64,000 nucleotides of DNA from the human T2T-CHM13v2.0 reference genome, Homo sapiens. Position 1 is the first letter of the stretch; the number at the start of each line of letters is the position of its first letter. The stretch is taken from the NCBI RefSeq assembly GCF_009914755.1, contig NC_060928.1; one strand, 5' to 3'. The translations under genes were made by a program, and so were the position numbers. Under the pieces are notes generated by a model. It was not told the origin of the DNA. It searched no databases and saw nothing but the letters and a program-made list of their open reading frames with translations. Below are positions 15,410 to 27,809 of this stretch, piece after piece.

Positions 15410-16374
15410 ATGAGAAGGAACCAACACAAGAACTCTGGTAACTCAAAAGGCCAGTGTCTTATGTCCTCCAAATGACTGCACTAGTTCTCAAAGAAGGGTT
15501 CTTAACCAACTCATTGGCTGAAATGGCAGAAATAGATGGATAGGAATGAAGATCATTGAAATTCAGGAGAACAGCAAAAGCCAATCCAAGGAAACTAAGA
15601 ATCACCATAAAATGATACCTGTGCTGACAGATGAAATAGCCAGTATAAGAAAGTATCTAACTGGTCTGATAGAGCTGAAAGAGACACTACAATAATTTCA
15701 TAATGCAATCACAAGTATTAACAGCAGAATAGATGAAGCTGAGAACAGGATCCTGGAACTTGAAGACTAGCTCTCTGAAGTAAGATAGTGAGATGAAAAT
15801 AAACAAGAATGAAGAGGAATGAACAAAAACTTTCAGAAATGTGGGATTATATAAGGAGGCCAAATCTACAAATCACTGGTATCCTTGACAGGGATGATGA
15901 GACAGCAAACAACTTGGAAAATATATTTCAGGATATCATCCATGTAAACTTCCCCAACCTCACTAAAGGGGCCAAAAATAAAATTCAGGAAACACAGAGA
16001 ACCCCTGCAGGATTCTACACCAGAAGGTCATCCCCAAGACACATAATCATCAGATTTTTCAAAGTTGAAGTGAAAGAATGTTAAAGGCAGCTACAGAGAA
16101 AGGGCAGTTCACCTACAAAGGAAACCACATCAGACTAACAGTTGACCTCTCAGTGGAAACCTTACAAGACAGAAGAGATTGGGGGCCTATATTCAACATT
16201 CTTAAAGAAAAAAATCTTCAACCAAGAATGTCATATTCAGCCAAACTAAGCTTTCTCGGCGAAGGAGAAATAAGATCCTTTTCAGATGAGCAAGTGCTGA
16301 GGGAGTTCATTACCATAGAGTTTTGTATTGTTACTAGCCAATACAAAAACACACTTAAGTACACAGACCAGTGA
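15410..16374 (+). pseudogene. L1 ORF1p remnant
   Basis: ATG at 15410 (MRRNQHKNSG); ORFs 15809-16084 and 16078-16374 carry WDYIRRPNL, PRHIIIRF, DWGPIFNILKEK; stops and frameshifts. Confidence 0.9.
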
Positions 16375-16429
16375 CACTATAAAGCAACCACACAAACAAA
16401 CCAGCATAATAACCAGCTAACAACACAAT

Positions 16430-19400
16430 TACAATATCAAATCTATACATATTAATACTAACCTTGAATGTAAATGGGCTAAATGCCCCATTTAAAAGGC
16501 AAAAAATAGCAATGTGGATAAAAAAGCGAGACCTGATAGTATGCTATCTTCAAGAGATCCATCTCACATGCAGTTACACCCATAGGCTCAAAATAAAGGG
16601 ATGAAGGAAAATCTACTGAGCAAATGGAAGTCTGAAAAAAGCAGGGGCTGCAATCCTGATTTTAGACAAAACAGACTTTAAACCATTAAAGATAAACATT
16701 GACAAAGAAGGGCATTATATTAATATAATGGTAAAGAGTTAAGTTCAACAAGAATATCTAACTATCCTAAAAATATATCCTGTGTTCCCAACACAGGAGC
16801 ACCAAGATTCATACAGCAAGTTCTTAGAGACCTCCAAAAAGACATAGTCTTGCACACAATAAAAGCGGAAGACTTCAGCACTCCACTGACAGTATTAGAC
16901 CAATCATTGAGGCAGAAATTTAACGAAGATTTTCAAGAACTAAACTCAGCACTGGATCAATGGACCTGATAGACACCTACAGAACTCTCCACCCCAAAAC
17001 AACAGAATATACCTTCTTATTGCTACATGGCACATACACTAAAATCAACTACATAAACAGACATAAAAGAATTCTCAGCAAATACAAATGGACTGAAATC
17101 ATAACAACCACTCAGTTGGACTGCAGTACATTAAGATTAGAAATCCAGAGTAAGAAAATTACTCAAAACCACAAAATTACATGGAAATTGAATAACCTGC
17201 TCCTGAATGACTTTTGGGTTAATCATGAAATTAAAACAGAAATCAAAAAGTTATTTGAAACTAATAAGACCCACAATACAACATACCAGAATCTCTAGGA
17301 CACAGCTAAGGTAATGTTAAGAGGGAAATTTATTGCACTAAATGCCCACAACAGAAAGTAAGAAAGATAGCAAATTAACAACCTAACATCACATTGAAAA
17401 GAACTAGCAAAGCAAGAGCAAACCAACTACAAAGCTAGCAGAAGGCAAGAAATAACCAAAATTGGAGCTGAAATAACCAATTGAAGGCAAGAAATAACCA
17501 AAATTGGAAACTGAGCAGAAAACCATTCAAAAGATCAACAAATCCAGGAGTTGGTTTTTTGGAAAAAAGAAAAAAGATAAATAGGCCACTATTTATCTTA
17601 TTATTGTAATAAGACTAATAAAGAAGAAAAGAGAGAGGATCCAGATAAACACAATTGGAAATGACAAAGGGAATATTAACACTGACTCCACATAAATACA
17701 AATGACCATCAGAGACTGCTACAAACACGTTTATGCACACAAACTAGAAAACCCAGAGGAGAAGGATAAATTCCTGGGCACATACACTCTCTCAAGACTG
17801 AACTAGAAGAAATTAAAACCCTGAACAGACCAATGATGATATCCAAATTGAATCAGTAATAAATAGGCTACCAACCATAAAAAACCCAGGACCAGATGAA
17901 TTCACAGCCAAATTCTACCAGATGTACAAAGAAGAGCTGGTACCGTTCCTACTGAAATTATTCCAAAAAATTGAGGGGAGGGACTCCTCAATTCATTCTA
18001 TGAGGCCAGCATCATCCTGATACCAAAACCTGTCAAAGACACAACAAAAAATAAAACTTCAGACCAATATCCTTGACAAATATTGTTTGTCAAAAAAATA
18101 CTGGCAAATCAAATGCAGAAGCACATCAAAAAGCTAATTCACCATGTCCAAGTAGGCTCTATCCCTGGGATGCAATGTTGGTTCAACATATGCAAATCAC
18201 CAAACGTGGTTCATCACATAAACAGAACTAAAGACAAAAATCAAATGATTATCTCAATAGATGCAGAAAAGGCTTTCTATAAAATTCAATATCTCTTCAT
18301 GTTAAAAACCCTCAATAAATTAGGCAGTGGAGGAACAGACCTCAACATAATAAAAGCCATTTATGACAAACCCACAGCCAAAATCATAGTGAATGAGCAA
18401 AAGCTGGAAGCATTCCCTTTGAAAACCTGCACTAGACAAGGATGCTCTCTTACTTTTCCTATTTAACATAGTATTGGAAGTCCTGGCCAGAACAATCAGC
18501 AAGAGAAAGAAATAAAGGACATCCATATAGGAAGAGAGGAAGTCAAATTACCATTGTTTGCAGACTACATGATTTTATACCTAGAAAACCCAATAGTCTT
18601 GGCCCAAAAGCTTATTAAGATAATAAACAACTTCAGCAAAGTTTCAGGATACAAAATCAATGTACCAAAATCACTAACAGTCCTATACATCAGCAGCAGC
18701 CAAGTGAAGAGCCAAGTCAGGAACACAATCCCATTCACAATAGCCACAAAAGGAATAAATAACCTGGGAATACAGCTATCCCGAAAGGTGAAAGATGTCT
18801 GCAATGAGAAGTACAAAACAATTCTGAAAGAAATCAGAGATGACACAAACAAATGAAAAAACATTCCATGTTCATAAATCAGAAGAATCAGTATAATTAA
18901 AATGACCATACCACCCAATTTACAGATTCAATGTTAATTGTACCAAACTTTTAAACACATTCTTCATAGAACTAGAAAAAATTATTTTAAAATTCATATG
19001 GAACCAAAAAGGAGCCCAAATAGCCAAGACAATCCTAAGCAAAAAGAGCAAAACTGAATGCTTCATGCTACCAGATTTCAAACTATACTACAGGGCTAGA
19101 GTAATCAAAACAGCATGGTACTGGTACAAAAACATACACATAGAGCTATAGAACAGAATAGAGAATCCAAAAATAAGGTCAAACACCTACAACCATCTGA
19201 TCTTTGACAAAGTCAGCAGAAACAAGCAGTGTGGAAAGGAATCTCTGTTCAATAAATGGTGCTGGGATAACTGGCTAGCCACATGCAGAAGATTGAAACT
19301 GGACCCCTTCCTTACACCATATACAAAAATTAACTCAAGATGGATCAAAGGCCTAAATGTAAAACCCAGAAATATAGAAACCTTGGAAGACAACCTGGAC

Positions 19401-19466
19401 AATACGATTCTGGACACAGGAACTGGCAAATATTTCATGATAAAGATGCCAAAAGCAATCTCAACA
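16430..19466 (+). pseudogene. L1 ORF2p remnant (EN and RT), continued at 27293-27809 and 30065-30365
   Basis: [16 protein letters not shown]; RT catalytic FADD reads FADY; many stops. Confidence 0.9.
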
Positions 19467-19923
19467 TAAGGGAGGAGACCACCCCACATATTGTCTTATG
19501 CCCAATTTCTGCCTCCAAAGAAAGAAGTAAAAACTAAAAGGCAGAAATGACATCCACAGGCAGACAGCCCAGCGCCCCACCCTGGGCCTGGTTAAAGATC
19601 AACCCCTGACCTAACTGGTTATGTTATCTATAGATTCCAGACATTGTATGGAAAAGCACTGTGAAAATCCCTGTCGTGTTCTGTTCTGATCTGATTACTT
19701 GTGCATGCAGCCCCCAGTCACGTACCCCCTGCTTGCTCAACTGATCACAACCCTCTCACATGGACCCCCTTAGAGTTGTAAGCCCTTAAAAGGAACAGGA
19801 ATTTCTCACTTGGAGTGCTTGGTTTTTGGAGATGTGAGTCTTGCCAAAGCTCCCGGCTGAATACAGCCCTTCCTTCTTTAACTCGGTGTCTGAGGGGTTT
19901 TGTCTGTGGCTTGTCCTGCTACA
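19467..19923 (+). mobile_element. 5' LTR (LTR2)
   Basis: taagggaggagaccacccc...ttgtcctgctaca, direct repeat of 26831-27292. Confidence 0.95.
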
Positions 19924-19928
19924 TTTCT

Positions 19929-19946
19929 TGGTTCCCTGACCAGGAA
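19929..19946 (+). promoter_or_regulatory. Primer-binding site, tRNA-Glu
   Basis: tggttccctgaccaggaa, one mismatch to the complement of the tRNA-Glu 3' end (tggttccctgaccgggaa). Confidence 0.9.
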
Positions 19947-20470
19947 GTGAGGTAATTAATGGATGGATGGTTGAGGCAGCCCCTTAGGCAGCTTAGGCCT
20001 GCCCTGTGGAGCATCCCTGCAGGGGACTCTGGCCTGCTTGAGCAACATGGATCCTGAGAGCACTCCTGGGTAGGCATTTGACCTGGTAGAATGCCTTGTC
20101 AGAGTGGTGCATGGCAGGCCTCTGTGGAGGATCAACACAGTGGCTGAACACTGGGAAGGAACTGGTACTTGGGGTCCAGATATCTGAAACTTGGTAAGAC
20201 CAGTCTTTGGAACTAGCCCACTCCATTTGAGTGGAAGCGTGGCCTGATCACCCACGACATGCCTGTACTGGCACTTTGGTTTTTAACTTGACTTGGATTG
20301 CTTGATACTTTGGTTTTGGTTTTGACCTGGCTTGGATTTCTTGGTACTCTGATTTTGGTTTTGATTCTGGTTTGGTGTAAACTGTAAAAGTGTGTGTGTG
20401 TGCCTTTTTACCCGTTCTTTGTTTTGTGGTGTACGTGTGGTTTGAGCATGGTGTTTTGTCTCAAGGAAGC

Positions 20471-20770
20471 ATGGGTCAGGCACAAAGTAAGCCCGCCCCA
20501 CCAGGAACTATGTTGAAAAATTTCAAGAAAGGATTTAAGGGAGACTATGGAGTACTGTGACACCAGGAAAACTTAAAACTTTGTGTAAGATTAGAGGTGC
20601 GTTGGCCATCGGAATGAAGCCTGGACAGGTCCCTTGTTTCAAAGGTATGGCACAAGGTAACCCATAAGCCAGGGCACCCAGACCAGTTCCTGTACATAGA
20701 GATTTGGTTACAGCTGGTTTTAGACACCCCCCACCACAGTGGTTGAGAGAATAGCAGCATAAGTTGCTGG
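20471..20770 (+). pseudogene. gag: gag matrix remnant (HERV-E-type)
   Basis: MGQAQSKP..GTMLKNFKKGFKGDYG with myristoylation Gly2, then frameshift and stops. Confidence 0.8.
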
Positions 20771-20774
20771 CAGA

Positions 20775-21005
20775 GGAAAGGAAAGACCAGCAGAGAGAGA
20801 CAGAGAGAGAGAGAGAGAGAGGAAAGAGACAGAGAGAGAAAGAGGCAAAAAGAGAGAGGAAAAGACAGAGGAAGAGACAGAGAGACAAAGAGGGAGTCAA
20901 GGAGAGAGAGAGAGAAAGAGACAGGCAGAGAGAGAGAGGAAGAGACAGAGGCAAAAGGGAAGTCAAAGAAACAAAGTCAAAGACAGAAAGAAACAGAGAA
21001 AGAGA
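20775..21005. repeat. GA-rich low-complexity tract inside the provirus
   Basis: About 230 bp of gagagaca/gagaaa units. Confidence 0.95.
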
Positions 21006-22719
21006 GTAATATACAAGTAGTTAAGAAAAAATAAAACAGTGTACCCTATTCCTTTAAAAGCCAGGGTAAATTTAAAACCTATAATTGAAGGTCTTCTCCA
21101 TGACACTACAACACGACAATACCACCTTGTTGTAAGTGTAAACAAGGGCATAGCCCGAAAGCACTGAGGCCACTGACAACCTGTAGCCTCCCTATCAAAA
21201 ATCCTTAACCCAGTAACCTGTGGATGGCCCAGATGCATTCAATCTGTAGCGGCAACTGCTTTGCTAACAGAAGAAAGTAGAAAAATAACTTTTAGAGGAA
21301 ACCTCATTGTGAGCACATCTCACCAGGTCAGAAGTATCCTAAGTAAAAAAAAAAAAAAAAAAAAAAAGGTGATTTAACATTAACCACTGAAAATTCCCTT
21401 AACTCAGAAGGTTTCCTAACAGGGGATCTAAATCTTAATTACCATACAAAGGTCTGACCAGACCTAGGAGGAACTCCCTTCAGGAAAGGAGGATAGATGT
21501 TTCCTTCTGGGTAATTGAAGGGAGAAAAAAAAAAAAAAGCCATCTATACCGGTTCTAAGTTAATTTGGACTAAACAAGATCTTATTAATAGCAAAGGATA
21601 ATTGAAATCCCAAACTTACAAGGTTTTCAACAAAAGTAAAGTTTGCTAAAAGTTAACAGTGTAACATGTATTATAGTAACTTCTAATCTTGTGGCCTTAG
21701 ACAGTCTAGTCCACAGACATAAAGGAAGTTCACTTTGGAAAAGAATGGTTATCATCTTCCAGAAAAAAAAGTGAAATAAAGGGGGGAGGGCAGAATTTAT
21801 GTAAAAAGAATGTTATATGGTAAATTATTGTCCTGAAATAACTTAACTGGTTGTTTAAAGAAAAAAATGTTTGTAATAAGTCAGAAAATTGAGGCATGTC
21901 AAAGAATTGTCTGTGAAAATCATGAAAAAATGTTATAAAAAAGAATTTATGCCAGAAATGCATAATTTAAAAGTAATAAGGCCTCCTGAGTACTATTGAA
22001 GAAACAGTTTATGTGCAAGGTGTATAAGGAAAGTAAAATATACCTTTGGTAAAAGGATTATAAGGAGGCATGAGAAAGCAATTTTTTACATACACTAAAA
22101 TATCAAAAACATTTTTGTTTTGAAGGTTTAAGCAAGTTTTAAAATGTCAATTGTAAAGAAAATTCTGTGTGTAAACATATTAGCTAAAGTTAAAGGCGTA
22201 TCATCCAGTTTTTCTTTGAACTGGACATTAAAGGAAAAACACAAAGGGTTTTTCTTAAAGCACTAACCTGCTCTTTAACAAAGATTATAAAAGGTTAAAA
22301 AGAGTCTATAAAAATCTTACCTTATGGTCTGACATTAAAAATTAAATAAATATATCTACAACGTTTTATTAAAACTAAGTTTAACATTAGTAACACACTA
22401 ATATAAAGGTGAAATTTAGCTTATCTGGTATAAAATTATACAGGAAGCATTGTCAAATATAAAATGGTGTTTGGCTTCTTTGATCTAAAAACTAATAAAA
22501 ATAGGTGCTGAATGAAATTTCTCAGTAGAAAGGCACTAAGGACTATAAAATAAAGTCCACTGCTGATGTCCCCACATTTAAAACAAAAGGTCAATTTCTT
22601 AAAAATTATATACTTGGTTTATCTTCCACTTTCCTTTCCCTCAAAACTAAAAGTCTTTAAACACATGTACCACCCCTAGAATTTCCAGTAAACCAGCACC
22701 AGCCTGAAGATCACATTCT

Positions 22720-24105
22720 CATCAAAAGTTGAAAAGAAGGGAAACTCGAGCCAGCCTAGGAAGGACCCTACCTTGTGCTGCTAACCACCGAGAATGCTGT
22801 TCGTACAGTGAAAAAAGGATGGACTCATCACACCCGAGTCAAGAAAGCGCCACCCCCTCCAGAGTGGTGGGCCATAGCCCCAGGGGAAAACCCTACCAAA
22901 CGAAAGCTAAGAAAAATTTAACCCTTTCATCTATTCTATTACTCTTTCTTTTTTCCTTGTTCTGTTGCTGACCATCTAGTTATTAACATAACCAAGTCAA
23001 TTTCACCTCAAACTGTTGCATTTAATGCTTGCCTTGTTATACCCTGTGGGGACTTGCCAAGTCAAAGACAGCTCTCTACTTCAGAAAAGTACCTCTGTCC
23101 CTCCTGACTCTCCTCAGACTGGGCATTAGTAAATTAGGACCATTTAATCTGGGGAAATTTCGATAAAGACTCCAGTGTCAACCAGGAGTCTAGCCCCCCA
23201 GTGTGGAGCTTTTATGCTGTAGTTGGTCTAACGTTCTGTGGACCACTAAAGAGCAAGGATGGTCTGCCCCAACAGATTTTTGTAATTTCCTAAAATTATA
23301 CATTCATTTTACTAGAGGATCATAGAAGTTAAAGACTTAAAACAAACTTTGGCAATTAAGACAGGATACCAAGGTCCAAATGCCTGGTTGAAATGGATCA
23401 ACTATTCCATCCACATGTTAAACAAAAGCAATTGTTATGCTTGTGCACATGGCAGGCCAGAGGCCCAGATTGTCCCCTTTCCACTAAGGTGGTACTCCAG
23501 TCGACCAGGCGTGGGCTGCATGGTAGCTCTTTTCTAGGATTCTACAGCCTGGAGTAATAAGTCATGCCAAGCTCTTTCTGCTACATCCCAAAGTCCGGCA
23601 CCCTGTGGGTCAGCCCCTGAGGCCCATCCAGCCTCCGTCTCCCAACACTAAGGTCACTTTGTGTCTCTCACAACAGGGAGGAAATTTAGCGTTCCTTGGA
23701 GACCTGAAGGGATGCAGAAACCTTAAGAATTTTCAAGAGCTTATCAATCAGTCAGTCCTTGTTCATCCCCGAGCAGGTGTGTGGTGGTATTGTGGTGGAC
23801 CTTTACTGGGCACTCTGCTGAATAACTGGAGTGGCACTTGTACTTTAGTTCAATTGGCTATCCCTTTCACCCTGGCATTTCATCAACCGGAGGGAGGAAA
23901 AATAAGACATTGTAAAGTGAGAGAACTCCTTTATGGGTCTTTCGACTCTCACGTCTATTTAGATGCAATTGGAGTCTCACAGGGAATACCAGATCAATTT
24001 AAAGCTGAAATAAAAAAGCTGCAGGATTTTAAGTCAACATTTTGGTGGGTAACAGTTAATAAAAATGTAGATTGGATAAACTACATCTGTTACAACCAAC
24101 AGCAA
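22720..24105 (+). pseudogene. env: Integrase C-terminal tail followed by a first, HERV-I/IP-type env remnant (SU and start of TM)
   Basis: EGPYLVLLTT..AVRT..KGWTHHTRVKKA; then NKSNCYACAHGRP, WWYCGG, GSFDSHVYLDAIGV, VNKNVDWINYICYNQQ. Confidence 0.75.
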
Positions 24106-24700
24106 CGAGCTTTTCATGAGTTAAAAGAAAAACTCATGTTGGCCTCAGCCCTGGGGCTACCTGACCTGACAAAAGCCTTTACATTCTATGCATCAGAAAG
24201 AGAAAAAATGGCAGTTGGAGTTTTAACCCAGACTGTGGGGCCCTGGCCAAGGCCAGTGGCCTATCTCTTAAAACAACTAGATGGGGTTTCCAAAGGCTGG
24301 CCCTCATATCTAAGGGCCCTGGTAGCAATGGCCCTGTTAGCACAAGCAGCAGATAAACTAACCCTTGGGCAAAACCTGAATATAAAGGCCCCCCATGCTG
24401 TGGTAACTTTGATGAATACCAAAGGACATCATTGGCTAACAAATGCTAGATTAACCAAGTACCAAAGCTAGCTATGTGAAAATCCCCACATAACCATCAA
24501 AGTTGGCAACACCCTAAACCCTGCCACCTTGTTCCCAGTATCAGAGAGCTCAGTTGAACATGACTGTGTAGAGGTATTGGACTCAGTTTATTCTAGTGGG
24601 CCCAACCTCCAAGACCATCCTAGAACATCAGTAGACTGTGAGCTGTACATGGACAGGAACAGCTTTGCCAACCCCTGCAAAGTGACTCTGAAGGAAACGA
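24100..24700 (+). pseudogene. pol: pol fragment (RT connection/tether to RNase H start)
   Basis: AFHELKEKLM..ALGLPDLTK, RPVAYLLKQLD.VSKGWP, HWLTNARLTKYQ, EHDCVEVLD. Confidence 0.85.
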
Positions 24701-24755
24701 CAAAGCCCTGCTCCATTCACACCCTGAAGCTGACTGGCCCACACATGGCCGAAGC

Positions 24756-26762
24756 ATGAGAAAACTCATTGTGGGACTCATTTTCCTTAAAATTTGGACT
24801 TACAGAGTTAGGACTTCAACTGACCTTCCTCAGACTGAGGACTGTTCCCAGTGTATACATCAAGTCACTGAGGTAGGACAAAAAGTTGCTACAGTCCTAT
24901 TATTTTATGGTTATTATAAGTGTACCAGGACTCTAAAAATAACTTGTTTGTATAATGCTGTTCTATACAAGGTATGTAGCCCAGGAAATGACCAACCCGA
25001 TGCGTGTTATGACCCATCTGAGCCTCCCATGACCACAGTTTTTTGGTTTTTTGAAGTAAGATTAAGGACTGAGAACTGATGGGGGCTCATAAATGATGTG
25101 AGTTAGCCAAAACAGAAGAAAAAGGGGTGCCCAGACAAGTCACCTTGAAATTTGATGCCTGTGCTATCATTAATAGTAATAAGTTAGCAATAGGATGTGG
25201 TTCTCTTAATCAGAAAAGAGGCTATATGGCAGAAAATCAGTACATTTGTCATGAATTAGGACTGTGTGGAAATGAATGTGGATACTGGTCTTGTGTCATT
25301 TAGGCTACTTGGATAAAAAATGAAAAGTATCCCGTCCACTTTCAGAAAAGGAAAAGTGGCCGTTCCTGTACCGGTTGTCAGTGTAACCCCTTAGAACTAG
25401 TAATAACCAACCCCCTTAATCCTCGCTGGAAAAGAAGGGAGTGTGTAACCCTAGGAATCAATGGGGCTGGACTAGATCCTCTAGTAAATATTGTGGTTTA
25501 AGGAGAAGTTTATAAACGCTCTCCTGAGCCAATATTTCAAACCTTGTATGATAAACTGAATGTGCCAGTACCAAAAATTCCAGGAAAAACAAGAAATTTG
25601 TTTTTGCAATTAGCCAAGCATGTAGTCTAGTCTCTCAATGTCACTTCATGTTATATATGTGGAGGAACTGTATAGGAGATCAATGGCCATGGGAAGCCCA
25701 AGAATTAGTACCTACAGACCCAGTTTCTGCTGAATTCCTGACTCAAAAGAATTACCCTGATAACTTCTAGGTCCTAAAAGTCTCAATCATTAGACAATAC
25801 TGTATAGCAAGACTAGGGAAGGACTTCACCCTTCCTGTGGGAAGACTCAGCTGCCTTGGGCAAAAATTGTATAATAGTATTACAAAAACAGCCACCGAGT
25901 GGAGTTCAAAGCACATTAAGAAAAATTCATTTGGTAAATTCCCAAAGTTGCAAACCGTGTGGACCCACCTGGAGTCCCACCAGTACTGGACAGCCCCCAC
26001 TGGATTATACAGGATATGTGGACATAGAGCTTATGCCAAATTACCCAACCAGTGGGCAGGTAGTTGTGTTATTGGCACTATTAAACCATCTTTCTTCCTA
26101 CTGCCCATAAAGACAGGCAAACTCCTGGGCTTCCCTGTCTATGCTTCCTGCGAAAAAAGAAGCATAGCTATAGGAAATTGGAAAGATGATGAATGGCCCC
26201 CTAAGAGAATCATACAATATTATGGGCCTGCTACTTAGGCACAAGATGGCTTATGGGGATACCGGATCCCATTTACATGCTCAACCAAATCATACGGTTA
26301 CAAGCTGTCTTAGAAATAATCACTAATAAGAATAGCAGAGCCTTGACTATTCTGGCCCGGCAAGAAACTCAGATGAGAAATGCTATCTATCAAAATAGAT
26401 TGGCTCTTGACTACTTGCTAGCAGCTGAAGGAGGGGTCTGTGGGAAATTTAACCTTACTAATTGCTGTCTACACATAGGTGGTCTAGGGCAAGTAGTTGA
26501 AGACATAGTTAGAGATATGACAAAACTGGCACATGTGCCCGTGCAAATGTGGCATGGATTTGATCCTGGGGCTATGTTTGGAAAATGGTTCCCAGTGCTA
26601 GGAGGATTTAAAACTCTTATAATAGGAGTTATAATGGTAATAGAAACCTGCTTACTGCTCCCTTGTTTGCTACCTGTACTTTTTCAAATGATAAAAAACT
26701 TCATCGCTACCTTAGTTCACCAAAATCCTTCAGCACAGGTATACTATATTAATCACTGTTGA
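24756..26762 (+). pseudogene. env: Second env, HERV-E/ERV3-type, near full length but disrupted
   Basis: Signal-like MRKLIVGLIFL, CSQC motif, cleavage site reading [40 protein letters not shown], hydrophobic TM; stops and frameshifts in SU. Confidence 0.9.
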
Positions 26763-26818
26763 TGTGTCTTGCAAGAAGACATGGGTAGTGAGAACTCACA
26801 CTAATAAGTGAAATTCTC

Positions 26819-26830
26819 AAAGCAGGGGAA
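26819..26830 (+). promoter_or_regulatory. Polypurine tract
   Basis: aaagcaggggaa immediately before the 3' LTR. Confidence 0.8.
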
Positions 26831-27292
26831 TAAGGGAGGAGACCACCCCTCATATTGTCTTATACCCAATTTCTGCCTCCAAAGAAAGAATAAGTCAAAA
26901 CTAAAAGGCAGAAATGAAATCCACAGGCAGACAGCCTGGCGCCACACTCTGGGCCTGTTTAAAGATCGACCCCTGACCTAACCAGTTATGTTATCTATAG
27001 ATTCCAGACATTGTATGGAAAAGCATTGTGAAAAATCCCTGTCCTGTTCTGTTCCGTTCTGATTACTGGTGCATGCAGCCCCCAGTCACATACCCCCTGC
27101 TTGCTCAATCGACCACAACCCTCTCATGTGGACTTCCTTAGAGTTGTAAGCCCTTAAAAGGGACAGGAATTGTTCACTCAGAGAGCTTGGTTTTTGGAGA
27201 TGTGAGTCTTGCTGAAGCTCCTGAGCCACATAAAGCCCTTCTTTCTTTAACTTGGTATCTGAGGGGTTTTGTCTGCAGCTTGTCCTGCTAGA
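26831..27292 (+). mobile_element. 3' LTR (LTR2)
   Basis: Direct repeat of 19467-19923; terminal CA reads GA. Confidence 0.95.
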
Positions 27293-27809
27293 AACAAAAG
27301 CAAAAATTGACAAATGAGATCTAAGTAAACTTAAGAGCTCAGCACAACAAAGGAAACTATCAACCGAGTAAACAGACAACCTACAGAATGGAAAAAAATT
27401 TTCGCAAACTATCCATCTGACAAAGGTCTAATATCCAACATCTATAAGGAACTTAAACAAATTTACAAGGAAAACACTCCATAAAAAAGTGGGCAAAGGA
27501 CATGAACAGACACTTTCCAAAAGAAGACATACATGTGGCCAAGAGTCATATGAAATAAATCTCAATATCACTGATTATTAGAGAAATGCAAATCAAAACC
27601 ACAGTGAGGTACCAGCTCATACCAGTCAGAATGGCTATTATTAAAAAGTCAAAAAATAACAGATGTTGGCAAGCTTGAGGAGAAAAGGAAACACTTATAC
27701 ACTGTTGGTGGGAGTGCAAATTACTCGAATCATTGTGGAAAGCAGTATGGTGAGTCTTCAAGGAGCTAAAAGCAGAACTACCATTTGACCCAGCAATCCC
27801 ATTACTGGG

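Larger units (their letters stand above)
19467..27292 (+). mobile_element. Complete LTR2/Harlequin (HERV-E-related mosaic) provirus, about 7.8 kb
   Basis: Two LTRs, tRNA-Glu PBS, PPT, 4-bp TSD aaca (19463-19466 and 27293-27296); host L1 ORF2 is contiguous when the provirus is removed. Confidence 0.93.

Noticed and set aside
20535-21009. Leu/Ser-rich and Arg/Glu-rich ORFs
   Set aside because: Translations of the GA-rich tract in the provirus
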